From a virus (Duplodnaviria; Caudoviricetes), in IMG/VR virus record IMGVR_UViG_3300005330_000015, positions 32,001 through 96,000 of that record: a stretch of 64,000 nt of DNA; one strand, written 5' to 3'. Position 1 is the first letter of the stretch. Every line of letters begins with the position of its first letter. Below the pieces are notes generated by a model that did not search any database, had not been told where the DNA came from, and worked only from the letters and a program-made list of their open reading frames with translations. Position numbers and translations under genes: made by a program. Of this stretch, positions 1 to 9,449 are shown piece by piece.

Positions 1-98
1 CTTGGCACCACTCGCCGCGACCTCCTCCTTTCCGTCTCGGTGTCCGGGCTGGTGATGGCCGACCACGGCGGGATCGCCGAGCCCGGTTGGCAGGACCG

Positions 99-281
99 AT
101 GAGCCGCCTTCCCCGCGGCGGCGAGGCCGCCGGAAAGGTCACGATCCGGGTGACCGCTGCCGAGCGCACCGACTGGAAGCGAGCAGCAGACAAGTTCGGG
201 CACCCGACGATCAGCGCCGCGGTCGTCGCGGTGATGAATGCGTGGGCGCGGCGGGTGCTGCTAGGAGGCAAGGGACGATGA
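99..281 (+). CDS. small ribbon-helix-helix-like DNA-binding protein
   Basis: AGGA RBS, ATG at 99; KVTIRVTAAERTDWKRAA...TISAAV strand-helix-helix pattern; ATGA overlap with next gene. Confidence 0.55.
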   Translation: MSRLPRGGEAAGKVTIRVTAAERTDWKRAADKFGHPTISAAVVAVMNAWARRVLLGGKGR

Positions 282-538
282 ACTCCGACCAGTCAGAAGC
301 GAATGCGCTGCGCGCCGTGAAGCGCGAGCGCCGCGAGCTGCGCGCCCACCTGCGCAACCTGACCTCAGTAGTCACGCGTGCGCTCGCGGATATCGACGCC
401 GAGATGCGGACCCCGTCGACCGCTGATCGTGGCAAGCGAATCGCGCAGATCTGCAATAGGCTGCAGCTCGCCAACGATATGGCCAAGCGGTTCGGGCTGT
501 CGCGGCGTCGGCCGGCGAAGCCGAGGGGATCGCGATGA
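278..538 (+). CDS. hypothetical helical protein
   Basis: ATGA overlaps at both ends. Confidence 0.65.
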   Translation: MNSDQSEANALRAVKRERRELRAHLRNLTSVVTRALADIDAEMRTPSTADRGKRIAQICNRLQLANDMAKRFGLSRRRPAKPRGSR

Positions 539-873
539 AGACGGCGTCCAAGTACGAGCGAGGCGATCGCGTGGTCAGCATCGCTAGCTGGAGCCGCCGG
601 ACGGCAGGTACCGTTTCGCGCGCTGGACGCGGCGTATCCGTAATGGTCCGCTGGGACGGCGGAAATAATGACGAGCGCGTTTTTCTGAACAACATCCGCA
701 TTGAGACACCTGATGATGTCGCCAAGCGCGAGCACGAAGCAGCGTTGCGCGCGAAGACGCCCGCCGAGATGCGCCAGGCAGCCGATGACCTCAGCGCGCT
801 CGCGGACTGGTTTGAAGCGCGACCCGCGGTGGTTGTTGTCGCGCTGGAGTGCGGACTGGGAGCGCTGCCGTGA
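535..873 (+). CDS. hypothetical SH3/KOW-like protein (paralog of 62050-62457)
   Basis: YERGDRV...VMVRWD N-terminus; C-terminal DDLSALADWFEARP resembles DELQSIRSWWLSRP of 62050-62457. Confidence 0.65.
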   Translation: MKTASKYERGDRVVSIASWSRRTAGTVSRAGRGVSVMVRWDGGNNDERVFLNNIRIETPDDVAKREHEAALRAKTPAEMRQAADDLSALADWFEARPAVVVVALECGLGALP

Positions 874-1466
874 CCGACGATCGCGAAACGGCACGGCTAC
901 GCGCCCTTGTCGAGCGCCCGGTGCGCTGCACGTTTTGGGGCAGCTCGTACGTCATCACCCCGCGGTTGATCGCCGAGAGGTTCGGAGACGGCAAGTGCCT
1001 CTTGTGCGTGGAGCCGATGGCAACGCGGCCAAACTACTTCGTGGTCCGTGTCGACTCCATGCTCAGATACCCAGGCGATCCGTGGCCGGATAACTCGCAG
1101 GTCTCGTTCATTGAACGTGTGATGTGCGCCGCCGAAGAGGAGTACGGCTACCATGGCGACGAGGATGAACGCGACAGCGACGGCAACGAGACGCGCGACT
1201 TCCCGGTTACCAACTGGGGCATAGGATGCGCGTGGGGGACACCATTCCCTGTCGCTGAATGGAAACCGGCGCCGCCGCTCGTGCTGTGGCATAGACGCGA
1301 CGCATCGTCCGGTCGATGGCACCTGCCCAGCCAAGGCGACACCAGCCGAGAGCTGCGCCGGCCGAGCGGTTCACGTCTGAACAAGCACGGCGAAGCGCTA
1401 CCACCCGAGAGCACGCGGTGCGTGATGTGCTCGCGCGCAGCGTGGCGCGTATGGAGGATCCCGTGA
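870..1466 (+). CDS. hypothetical protein
   Basis: GTGA overlap start, chained ORF. Confidence 0.6.
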   Translation: MTDDRETARLRALVERPVRCTFWGSSYVITPRLIAERFGDGKCLLCVEPMATRPNYFVVRVDSMLRYPGDPWPDNSQVSFIERVMCAAEEEYGYHGDEDERDSDGNETRDFPVTNWGIGCAWGTPFPVAEWKPAPPLVLWHRRDASSGRWHLPSQGDTSRELRRPSGSRLNKHGEALPPESTRCVMCSRAAWRVWRIP

Positions 1467-1615
1467 TGACCGCCATGACCGCACGCGACCTGCGAGCTCT
1501 GGCGCAGCTGATCGACGCCGGCCGCGTGGTCGTGGTGCGGCACGAGAACCTGCTGGGCGTGCTCAGGCCGGAGATCGACGCTCGCAACAAGGCGCAAGGA
1601 GGCAAGGAACGATGA
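1463..1615 (+). CDS. hypothetical small protein
   Basis: GGAGG RBS, overlaps at both ends. Confidence 0.5.
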   Translation: MMTAMTARDLRALAQLIDAGRVVVVRHENLLGVLRPEIDARNKAQGGKER

Positions 1616-1863
1616 GCGACGACAGAAATAAAGTTTCCCGCTTCAACCTGCAACCGACAGCGAGCTTTCCGGAGATCGCCCCGCAGCGCGAGGAGTACAC
1701 CAACGACCGCGCATACGATCGAGCCTGCGTCGAGTACGCGAACGAGTGGCGAGCAACGTACGTCTGCGCCGGGTGTCCCGATGTCGCATGCCCGCAGTGC
1801 GGAGCTGAAGGTGTACCGATCGACGATGTTGTGGACGAGAAGCGATGGAGCGAGCAGTGGTGA
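1612..1863 (+). CDS. hypothetical Zn-ribbon protein
   Basis: CAGC...CPQCG; RBS and ATGA overlap. Confidence 0.55.
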   Translation: MSDDRNKVSRFNLQPTASFPEIAPQREEYTNDRAYDRACVEYANEWRATYVCAGCPDVACPQCGAEGVPIDDVVDEKRWSEQW

Positions 1864-2279
1864 CCGCACACCTGACCGACCACGAGATCAACTGGTGCTA
1901 CACGCTGCCGGACGATCGCATCGCAGCGCTTCCGCTCGTGAGCACCCACGACGAACCGCAAGTCGCTCCGCAGGAGTACGAGTGCGGCTGCGTAACTATA
2001 ACGCGGATCACCGATTGCGACTACCGGCGCGGAGAGCGACCGTTCGAGATGCGGCTCGCCAAAGCCTGCGGGACCGGAGCGTGCGAGCTTGCCCAGAACC
2101 GCGCGGAAGGTGTCCCGCAAGTGTCCTCGGTTCACCTCCCACCTGCGCAGCATCCGAAGATTCACAAATGATTTCCAGAGGAGCCACCCAGATTTGAACT
2201 TGGTAATGGTGGTCACGCGCCGAAGTCGTGGGATAGCAATCCGTGGGTGTTTGCGATCACTTTTCGGAGGATCCAATGA
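1860..2279 (+). pseudogene. chimeric ORF with in-frame TGA; C-terminus of the phage ASCH-like SWDxNPWV family
   Basis: same frame continues past TGA 2169-2171 into SWDSNPWVFAITFRRIQ and ends at the ATGA overlap 2276-2279. Confidence 0.5.
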
Positions 2280-2665
2280 AGCCAGTCGATCAAAGCACTT
2301 TTGGTTTTCCCGGCGGAAACTGCTTCTCAGCGTGCGTAGCGTCGATGCTAGAAATCCCGCTTGCCGACGTTCCATATTTCATGGCCGATGACCGATGGTT
2401 CGAGAAATTCAAGCGCTGGCTTGAGCAGCGGGGATTCTGGGCGGTGTGCTTCAAGCTCGACGGCGACTGGCTGCCTGATGGGTTACACATCCTGTCCGGA
2501 AAGAGCCCGCGCGATCCAGAAAACCCAGATGCACTGCACAGCGTGGTGGCGCGCGGAAACGCAATCGTCCACGACCCACATCCGAGCCGGTCCGGTCTGT
2601 TATCGCGCGATGACGTCGTGCTGCTGATCCCGCACGACCCAGCGCAGATCGGAGCACGGTCATGA
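2276..2665 (+). CDS. putative papain-fold (C39-like) cysteine peptidase
   Basis: GNCFSACVASML (Cys), HSVV (His), HDPHP (Asp) in C39-like order. Confidence 0.55.
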   Translation: MKPVDQSTFGFPGGNCFSACVASMLEIPLADVPYFMADDRWFEKFKRWLEQRGFWAVCFKLDGDWLPDGLHILSGKSPRDPENPDALHSVVARGNAIVHDPHPSRSGLLSRDDVVLLIPHDPAQIGARS

Positions 2666-2773
2666 CCATCGCCCGCTCAACGTCACGCCTTCCACATGTA
2701 CAGCGTATTCCTCGAACTTTGTCCGTCACACGCACTGCCACATCCGACATTCTTGAAGCAAAGGAACCCCTAT

Positions 2774-3103
2774 ATGAGCAATCACAGCAGCGATTCAGAC
2801 CCGGCGCCAGATCCGCTCCTCCACAAGATGCTGGAGGATATCGGCCAACCTATCGGAAAAACAGGCCAGTATCCGCGCGGTCGGCTGACGCCCACCGATG
2901 AAGGCGGGATCCGGATGGCGGTCGGCTCCAGGGACGGCGTTGTCGTGCTGGACTTCGGAACGCCGGTCGCCTGGCTCGGTCTTCCACCGAGCGAGGCACG
3001 CCAGCTCGCTGCATCGTTGATGAAGCACGCCGATACGATCGACGGCGGCGACCCGACCATCTTCGAGACCATGGCGCGTGCGCGGCGAGGCAAAGGACGA
3101 TGA
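2774..3103 (+). CDS. conserved phage hypothetical protein
   Basis: AAGGA RBS; YPRGRLTPTDEGGIRMAVG...LDFGTPVAWLGL motif. Confidence 0.65.
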   Translation: MSNHSSDSDPAPDPLLHKMLEDIGQPIGKTGQYPRGRLTPTDEGGIRMAVGSRDGVVVLDFGTPVAWLGLPPSEARQLAASLMKHADTIDGGDPTIFETMARARRGKGR

Positions 3104-3336
3104 CCAGACCGGTCACAGTGGATACCGGAGGCCCGGATGATGTGTTTCCCGGCGCGAGCCTAACGTGGCTTCACATGCCGCGCGGAGGCTACGGCTACAC
3201 GATACCGGTTGATGCCAAGGTGATATCACATAGTCGCAGCCCACGTACGTTCGTGACAATTGAGGTCACCACACGGCGAGGCGACAAGGTGCGGCGCCGT
3301 GTCGATGCAAACAACCTGCGCTGGAGAAGCCGATGA
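3100..3336 (+). CDS. hypothetical SH3-like protein
   Basis: PRGGYGY motif, beta-rich; chained. Confidence 0.6.
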   Translation: MTRPVTVDTGGPDDVFPGASLTWLHMPRGGYGYTIPVDAKVISHSRSPRTFVTIEVTTRRGDKVRRRVDANNLRWRSR

Positions 3337-3653
3337 AAGATGACCTGACCTCTGCCATGTGGCATGTGCTGGTCTGTATCTCCCAAGGCGCGAGCGGCAT
3401 CGACGTGCGCGGCGGGATCTCTAGCACGACTAGGACGCTGGAGCGCCGTGGTCTGATTCACGCGCCGGGACGGTGGCTGCGCTTCGAGCTGACCGAGCGC
3501 GGTAAGGACCTGATCGGTGGGAAGACGCTGACCCCGGTTCGGTTCGTCAAGCTGGCCGTGCCCGTCACGTCGGCGCTCGGCAAGGCGCTCGCGGCGAACG
3601 ACAGGGCTGAGCGGAAATCCGCGGCGGAAGCGCGCGGCATGAAAGGACGATGA
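3333..3653 (+). CDS. winged-helix protein
   Basis: TTRTLERRGLI...FELTERG wHTH signature. Confidence 0.6.
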   Translation: MKDDLTSAMWHVLVCISQGASGIDVRGGISSTTRTLERRGLIHAPGRWLRFELTERGKDLIGGKTLTPVRFVKLAVPVTSALGKALAANDRAERKSAAEARGMKGR

Positions 3654-3856
3654 TGAGCCCAGAAACCGAACTTGCCATTGCGTTCATCGCTGGGGCTGCG
3701 TGGGCTAGCCATAGACCTCGGTCCCACGACGAGATGCGCTCGTTCTCCGACGAGTACGCGCGGGTACATGTCGCCAAAGCGATCGAGCGTGGGGTCACCA
3801 TCACGGTGACGTCGTACCTAGCCGAGGTCGACGACATCCTGCAGAGCAAACGATGA
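3650..3856 (+). CDS. hypothetical protein
   Basis: RBS and ATGA overlaps. Confidence 0.55.
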   Translation: MMSPETELAIAFIAGAAWASHRPRSHDEMRSFSDEYARVHVAKAIERGVTITVTSYLAEVDDILQSKR

Positions 3857-4584
3857 ACGACACGCCCATCCTCATCTGCCGCCACTGCGGAGACTCTTTT
3901 CACGGGCCCGTGCGCGATTGCCCGTCGCCTGACGCCGGCCGCGAGCCGTACAAGGACTCCGGGCGCGGAGGCCACAGGTTCGACCCGCCGGCTACTGAGC
4001 CGCGCGCGCCGATGTCGCCGGATCGCCTACAGGAAATCCGCGCGATGGCAGCGCTGGGCCATCCCGCGACGGCCAACACGCTCGCCGGCATCACCCCGAG
4101 CACGCTCGGAAGCGCGCTGACTGAACTGCTCGCCGAGTACGACGCACTGGAGGCCGAGCGCAAACGGCTAGGGCGCTGCATTCTCGAGGACGCTGCCGTG
4201 GACGGCGTAAAGGTGTTCTCGCGCGAGCAGATCGATCGGATCATGGGCGCAGAACAGGCGCAGGTTGCCGCACCAACCGCCGAAGCCATGAAGTGCATCG
4301 CGTGGTGCCCCGAAGATGGCGATGAGAGCACGGCTCGCGAGTACGTCGGAACGACGCCCGGCGAAGTAGCCGAGCAGCACGCAGAGCTCGTGTACTACGA
4401 GCAGGGCACGCAGCGCGAGTGCTACGAGGTCCGCGTGCGAGCCACCAAGGCTGACCTGGTGCGCGAGTGGGATGTCGTCGTCGACGTGCAGATCGAGGTG
4501 TCGTTCTCTGGCGAGTTTGTCTTTCCGCGCTCGACGAGCGCGAAGTCGGTTGAGCCGTCGCAGCAAACGGAGCCAGCGCCATGA
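3853..4584 (+). CDS. hypothetical multi-segment protein
   Basis: 243-aa chained ORF. Confidence 0.6.
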   Translation: MNDTPILICRHCGDSFHGPVRDCPSPDAGREPYKDSGRGGHRFDPPATEPRAPMSPDRLQEIRAMAALGHPATANTLAGITPSTLGSALTELLAEYDALEAERKRLGRCILEDAAVDGVKVFSREQIDRIMGAEQAQVAAPTAEAMKCIAWCPEDGDESTAREYVGTTPGEVAEQHAELVYYEQGTQRECYEVRVRATKADLVREWDVVVDVQIEVSFSGEFVFPRSTSAKSVEPSQQTEPAP

Positions 4585-5075
4585 GCAAGACCATCGCCAC
4601 TGTTGGGATCTTCCTGACCGAAGATGAGCGCCGCCACCTGACTAACCTGTGCAACGAACTCGAGGCGAGCGAGGAAGCCGCGCTGCGGTGCAACGAGGGG
4701 GAAGAAGCGCAGACCAGGGCAGCGGAGCAGGCTGCGCTCCGCAAGCTGATGCTCTTGCCGGCCAAGGACTCCGATGTTGAAGCCGGGGATGCTGACCGCG
4801 AACCTGGCATCCTCGGCGCCTGCCAGGACCTCCACATGTTGGCCACCGTCAGCGCTGACGGCATGCCGGATAGTGATAGCCTTCGACTGGAGGTCTATCT
4901 GCAGCGAAGGCTTGACGGGTGGGCGAAACACGCGCCGATCACGGCGCTGCACGGGATCTACGATGAGACGATCCGCATGCTGGTCACGGTGACGCTCGCC
5001 GAATGGCGAGCATGCCCATGGCATCCGCGGGCGTCGAGAGCTATCCCGGCGGCGCTAGGAGAGAACCGACCGTGA
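4581..5075 (+). CDS. hypothetical protein
   Basis: chained ORF with RBS. Confidence 0.6.
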   Translation: MSKTIATVGIFLTEDERRHLTNLCNELEASEEAALRCNEGEEAQTRAAEQAALRKLMLLPAKDSDVEAGDADREPGILGACQDLHMLATVSADGMPDSDSLRLEVYLQRRLDGWAKHAPITALHGIYDETIRMLVTVTLAEWRACPWHPRASRAIPAALGENRP

Positions 5076-5308
5076 CCTTCTGCACCGAGAACACGCTCGT
5101 CCTGTTCAACTTCTCGTCCGACGATGAGACGTTCCGATCGCAACTGCTATCGGCAATTATCGCTGGCAAGTGCCCTGACTTTGAACGCTCATTTGGCGGC
5201 AGCGGCAGAAGCTACGCGGCGCTGTGGAAGCCAGAACACGCTGACGCGGTGCGCGCATGGGCGCAATCGGTTGGGGCGCTCGCCGGGCGCCCCAAGGAGC
5301 TGACGTGA
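5072..5308 (+). CDS. hypothetical protein
   Basis: AGGAG RBS, GTGA overlap. Confidence 0.55.
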   Translation: MTFCTENTLVLFNFSSDDETFRSQLLSAIIAGKCPDFERSFGGSGRSYAALWKPEHADAVRAWAQSVGALAGRPKELT

Positions 5309-5544
5309 GAGACGTTGCAAAGTCGTGGTCACAGCTCGAAGCCATCGCTCATCGCAGTGACCTAACCCTGCTTTGCTCCCCCGGCGGTGTCTCAATCTGC
5401 GATGGCATCTACTCGCTTCTCACCATCACAAGTGGAACCGACGACACCATCGCAGACGCCGATCTGGATGCGGTTATCCGTGTTGCGCTTGAGCCGGCGC
5501 TCGTTCGGTTGTCGTCGATCATCACCAGGTACGACAACCGATGA
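5305..5544 (+). CDS. hypothetical protein
   Basis: AAGGAG RBS, GTGA overlap. Confidence 0.5.
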   Translation: MRDVAKSWSQLEAIAHRSDLTLLCSPGGVSICDGIYSLLTITSGTDDTIADADLDAVIRVALEPALVRLSSIITRYDNR

Positions 5545-5780
5545 GCTCCGCGTTCCACCGCGCGGTAGCGCTCGACACCCGCATCAGCGTGGCGCTCTCC
5601 GAGCTGAGCGTCGGGATGCGGATCGATCCGCGGCTGGCCGCGCGGCTCGGCATCGACGCCGAGCTCGACCAGGTCGTGGCGACGCTTCGGCGTCACCTCG
5701 ACACGATCAGGGCCGAGCTGAACCGCATGACCGACGACCCGTATCCGCAGCAACCAGGCGAGAAAGGACCGACGACATGA
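5541..5780 (+). CDS. hypothetical protein
   Basis: ATGA overlaps. Confidence 0.55.
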   Translation: MSSAFHRAVALDTRISVALSELSVGMRIDPRLAARLGIDAELDQVVATLRRHLDTIRAELNRMTDDPYPQQPGEKGPTT

Positions 5781-6037
5781 GCGCGAAGCTCCGCACCCCA
5801 TGGCAAACGAAACGTTTACGCCGCCCGGCGGCATCCGTTACCGTTCTCATACTCGAGGAGCACGCCGGTAAATGGCGCCCGGTGGTCGAGCGCCACTCGA
5901 ACTGCCGCGGTACCGACCCGCACGATGGATGCGTGGTGATGCAGCGCTTCGTCGGTCCGGATGCCGCGTCGCGAAGCGAAGCAGAACGTTGGGCGCGCAG
6001 CGCAGAGGTCACGACCAAACCGAGGACCGTGCAATGA
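5777..6037 (+). CDS. hypothetical protein
   Basis: RBS, ATGA overlaps. Confidence 0.5.
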   Translation: MSAKLRTPWQTKRLRRPAASVTVLILEEHAGKWRPVVERHSNCRGTDPHDGCVVMQRFVGPDAASRSEAERWARSAEVTTKPRTVQ

Positions 6038-6303
6038 GCTCATCCAGCAAGCGAGGACCGCTCAGCAACCCCCGCCACCGGCGCAACGTCGCCACCGAGG
6101 CGTGCGATTTCTGCGGCGCCAAGGCTGGCAATCCATGCCGACGGCTACGGCTGCAATGGAACTTCGCCATCGGTAGCTACAAGCCGGTGATCGGCAGCCG
6201 GGTGCGCAAGGTCATAAGCAGCCGTGCGCACCGCTGGACTCAGGTCAGTAGTGACCAATCGTTGAAGCTCAGCAATAACTGCGGCATCAACGTGGTGCGC
6301 TAG
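6034..6303 (+). CDS. small Zn-finger protein (CxxCGAxAGxPC type)
   Basis: CDFCGAKAGNPC...H; overlaps convergent HEAT gene. Confidence 0.5.
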   Translation: MSSSSKRGPLSNPRHRRNVATEACDFCGAKAGNPCRRLRLQWNFAIGSYKPVIGSRVRKVISSRAHRWTQVSSDQSLKLSNNCGINVVR

Positions 6304-6534
6304 TCCATAGATAGCGCCTTCGCGGACGACTGGATCTGGGTGCTGTAGCAATCCGAGAAGGATCGGCATGACTTCCTTGGAGTCGCTGATACGACCGGCG
6401 ATTTCGGCAGCAAAAGTCAAATCCGAAATAGGTATCCCAGGTGAAAGCATCAGCCGTAGTAGCTGATTTGGATGCTCAAGAGCCAGATACTCTAATATTT
6501 CCTCGCAGAGCTGCCCATGGGTCTCTTCGTTCAT
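6145..6534 (-). CDS. HEAT-repeat protein
   Basis: LLQHPDPVVREGAIYGL and DLSPAVRTAAYDL HEAT motifs; AGGAG RBS. Confidence 0.75.
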   Translation of the reverse strand: MNEETHGQLCEEILEYLALEHPNQLLRLMLSPGIPISDLTFAAEIAGRISDSKEVMPILLGLLQHPDPVVREGAIYGLAHHVDAAVIAELQRLVTTDLSPAVRTAAYDLAHPAADHRLVATDGEVPLQP

Positions 6535-6542
6535 TGTGGCTC

Positions 6543-7169
6543 CTAGTTCTTGTCAGCATCGTCGATCGCGCTCTCCAGCTCCTCGTCAGGCACGTTCACT
6601 CCTAACGGTGCCTCGAGCTCCTTAAATACGCCGCGCTCCTCGGCCTCGGCAAGGAGCTCCATGCCCTTCAGGAAGGCTGCCAGAATATCAGGCGGCAGCA
6701 CGGTTTCGAGCTTCGCAAGCACGAGGTCAACCTTGAGCTCGACGTCGATGCCGATGGAGCCGGTGTGCGTGACCTTGAGCTCGCGAGGCGCCGCTGCTCC
6801 GGTTAGGCGCGCGATCTCCTTGCTAGCTTGGATCACGCGTCCACGAAGCGCGGCGGTGCCCTGGTAGTCCTTGTTCTTTGCCGCATCGCGCGCCAGCTCC
6901 TCGGTCTGGTCGGCCACACGAGCCAGCCGGATCGCCTCCTGCTCACGCACGGCAACCAGGTCGGTGAACTCTAGCCCAATGAGCTTGCGTGCCGCAGCGA
7001 TGTCCTGCTGGGCCGTCGAGAAGTGCACCCCGAACCGGTTGACGATGGCCCTCTCCGTCTTCGAGTAGGTCCACTTGCGAAGGCACTTGGCCGCGAACTC
7101 GATTCTCGCCGGATCACGGGTTAGCCGATTACCCTTGGCACTGAGGACAGTTACGCGCTTTGACGCCAT
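6543..7169 (-). CDS. terminase small subunit-like protein
   Basis: N-terminal HTH (FGVHFSTAQQDI), two long helices, IARLTGAAAPRELKVTHTG like the AKLLGLDAP TerS pattern. Confidence 0.5.
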   Translation of the reverse strand: MASKRVTVLSAKGNRLTRDPARIEFAAKCLRKWTYSKTERAIVNRFGVHFSTAQQDIAAARKLIGLEFTDLVAVREQEAIRLARVADQTEELARDAAKNKDYQGTAALRGRVIQASKEIARLTGAAAPRELKVTHTGSIGIDVELKVDLVLAKLETVLPPDILAAFLKGMELLAEAEERGVFKELEAPLGVNVPDEELESAIDDADKN

Positions 7170-7172
7170 ACG

Positions 7173-7448
7173 TCACCGGTCATGTCCGGAGCATCGATCC
7201 CGCATGTCGCGGATCATGGCTTCGAAAATCGAAGCATATACCTCTGCCGGATCGTTCACTGAGACATGATGGCACATCTGCTTGACGCTGTCACCTCGCT
7301 CGTGCGGACCAGGTTGCTCGTGTATGACACGCGGGAGTAGACGCAGGTCTAGGCCAAGCAGGTCACGTTGGTAGCCTGCCAGCCCAGTCGGGCGTCCTCG
7401 CGATGCGCATCGCTCGTAACCGTGCCGAATACGTTCGGGTAACGTCAT
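7173..7448 (-). CDS. hypothetical protein
   Basis: GGAGGT RBS before ATG 7448. Confidence 0.45.
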   Translation of the reverse strand: MTLPERIRHGYERCASRGRPTGLAGYQRDLLGLDLRLLPRVIHEQPGPHERGDSVKQMCHHVSVNDPAEVYASIFEAMIRDMRDRCSGHDR

Positions 7449-7464
7449 AACCTCCCACATTCGT

Positions 7465-7521
7465 AGTGTCGACGTCGGTGTCGACGTTACCGACGACAAC
7501 TCGTGCACATGATGAGCACAT
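7465..7521 (-). repeat. 57-bp intergenic repeat copy 1 (putative promoter/operator)
   Basis: 53/57 identical to 12053-12109. Confidence 0.85.
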
Positions 7522-7547
7522 CTTGTGCTCACGAGCCACTGCAGCGT

Positions 7548-7820
7548 TCAGTTGGCCTTGCGCGCTCGCCTGGTCGCTTCCTGCTCGATTGCCGCCCTAT
7601 GCTCCTCGCTCATCCACAGGTTAGGTACGCACCAGGGATCCGCTCCGGACTCTCTGATCTTGGCCATCGCCCACTCGATGTACCGTTGACGTTCAACCAC
7701 AGGTAGCTCGTTGAACATCTGATCGCGGAACACCACGAACCAGACCGCGTTCCAGTTATCGCCATGCTCGATCGCGCTGTGGATGCGCGCGGTGAGTTCC
7801 TTGATATCGTCAGCGGTCAT
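7548..7820 (-). CDS. hypothetical protein
   Basis: RBS, ATGA overlap. Confidence 0.6.
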   Translation of the reverse strand: MTADDIKELTARIHSAIEHGDNWNAVWFVVFRDQMFNELPVVERQRYIEWAMAKIRESGADPWCVPNLWMSEEHRAAIEQEATRRARKAN

Positions 7821-8486
7821 GGCCTGACTCCGTGCTCTCGGATCCAGCGTTGCACATCATCCGCCACCTGCAGATACTCGGCACTCGGTGACATGTCACG
7901 TTCCTGGCCCGGCATATAGGCGGCCCAGATCCGGTCACGCAGCGCCTTGGGAAGCCTCCCCCAGTGTAGACGACATCCCCACATCGCAGGCGGAACCTGC
8001 GTTTCACAGCCCGGCCAGTGACAGTGATGCGCCCGCGTTTGGCGCTATCGCTTGACGTAGGCACGCTTTTCCGAGGTCGGCACGTGGACCACGGCCGCCT
8101 TGGTCTCAGCGCCAAGGCCGGAACCGTGCCGCGCGCGGACAGCCGCGAGCCGTTCAGCCGCCGCTCCGGGCACCGGAGAGCCGGGGTCGCGCACCGAAAG
8201 CATCTCCATAAACTCGCGCAACGTGGCGCGGTCACCGTCATGCGTTACCGAACGAAGCAACGCCTCGTTCTCGGCGCTCAGCTGTGGTCTCACGCCTTGC
8301 AGCCAAGCCACCGAGCAACCGAACGTGACCGCCATCACCTGGAGCTGTTCCTCGTTTCGGTGTCACCGTGCCATGCTCGATGCCGGTCACCCATTCGACG
8401 GTTACACCTAGCAAGCGCGCCGCTTGACCTCGACTCAGACCTGCTTGTTCGCGCGTCCATCGAACACGATCGCCGGACGCCGTCAT
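7817..8486 (-). pseudogene. XRE-HTH protein fused to an HxCHWPGC Zn-binding domain; frameshift at ~8355 and in-frame TAG at 8045-8047
   Basis: HTH continues as PNEEQLQVMAVTFGCSVAWL if one A is removed; after TAG the frame continues RQTRAHHCHWPGC...CRLHW to the ATGA overlap at 7817. Confidence 0.65.
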
Positions 8487-8779
8487 GGCTTCCACCTGAT
8501 GACCATCGTGAATTCATCCGGATCTGACGGCGTGCATTCAGATCCGCAAAATCCTCGCTCCCACTGGAAGCTAATATCGGTCGTGCCAAGTAGCACGGTC
8601 AACGCCGCAAGCTTGTCGTATGTCAGTGACGCAGCCGACTCGCCGTGCATCTCTACGTACGCATCATCATTAGGTCCGTCTTCATTGTCACGCGCCACGA
8701 TTGCCACGGCGTTGAACCGTATGCCAACAGCGCGCAGCGCTCCGATTACCCTCTCCTCGACGTTTGACTGCCTGCTCAT
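8483..8779 (-). CDS. hypothetical protein
   Basis: chained overlaps. Confidence 0.6.
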   Translation of the reverse strand: MSRQSNVEERVIGALRAVGIRFNAVAIVARDNEDGPNDDAYVEMHGESAASLTYDKLAALTVLLGTTDISFQWERGFCGSECTPSDPDEFTMVIRWKP

Positions 8780-9054
8780 GGCTTCAACTTCCCCAACGCT
8801 GCGCGATGCGCCGCCCTCGTTGCCCGTGCCGCCTCGAGCAACGGCATGAAACTATCGTCGACCAGCCCATCACAGCGCGGCTTCCATTGCTCAAAGGCAA
8901 TTAACGCCTCATCGGCGGCCACAGCCGTGCGCGCCACCTCAAGCAGTATAGGCACCCAATACGACGGCCAGAGCTCCGCGTTGGCCTCGGCGTACTCGAT
9001 TCCATGTCGCGGGTTCACAGCTTGCTCTACAGGACGATGGGCGTCGCCAATCAC
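8776..9054 (-). CDS. hypothetical protein
   Basis: AAGGAGG RBS, overlaps. Confidence 0.6.
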   Translation of the reverse strand: MIGDAHRPVEQAVNPRHGIEYAEANAELWPSYWVPILLEVARTAVAADEALIAFEQWKPRCDGLVDDSFMPLLEAARATRAAHRAALGKLKP

Positions 9055-9449
9055 GGTGCCTCCTTTTGCAAATCCTCATCGATACCGTTCACGATGGTCA
9101 CGCAGTCACGATGATCGAGATCGCCAGGCTCCACCATCTTGCGAACATGCATCAGTCGATCGCGCAGCATCTCCCGAAGCTCGTGACTCGTCTTACCGCC
9201 GGGCCTAACAAGTTCGACGTAGGCACGCTCGAACGGCGGCACTAGACCGACGAGTTCGACCTTTACGTAGTTCTTGGCTTGCTTCGCGTCAGCCAAGCCC
9301 AGAAGTGTCTGCGCCATCGCATGCACCGTGTCATCTACGGCCCGCGCGTGCTCGACCAGCGCGATCGTCTCCGCATCGACGCCAGCCTCAACAAGGGCAT
9401 CGCTTACGACCTGCCATTGCAGGACGCGCTTAGCATCGCGAAGGCTCAT
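9051..9449 (-). CDS. hypothetical protein
   Basis: chained overlaps. Confidence 0.6.
   Translation of the reverse strand: MSLRDAKRVLQWQVVSDALVEAGVDAETIALVEHARAVDDTVHAMAQTLLGLADAKQAKNYVKVELVGLVPPFERAYVELVRPGGKTSHELREMLRDRLMHVRKMVEPGDLDHRDCVTIVNGIDEDLQKEAP

Noticed and set aside
8045-8047. TAG-to-Gln recoding (genetic code 15), suggested by an in-frame TAG at a likely Gln and by read-through to ATGA overlaps at 6543, 29873 and 36684
   Set aside because: Only one internal TAG in a conserved domain; long genes have none; several genes end naturally at TAG (RusA-like, 28694 gene, 45498); an internal TGA also occurs; no suppressor tRNA seen. Point mutation or error is simpler.
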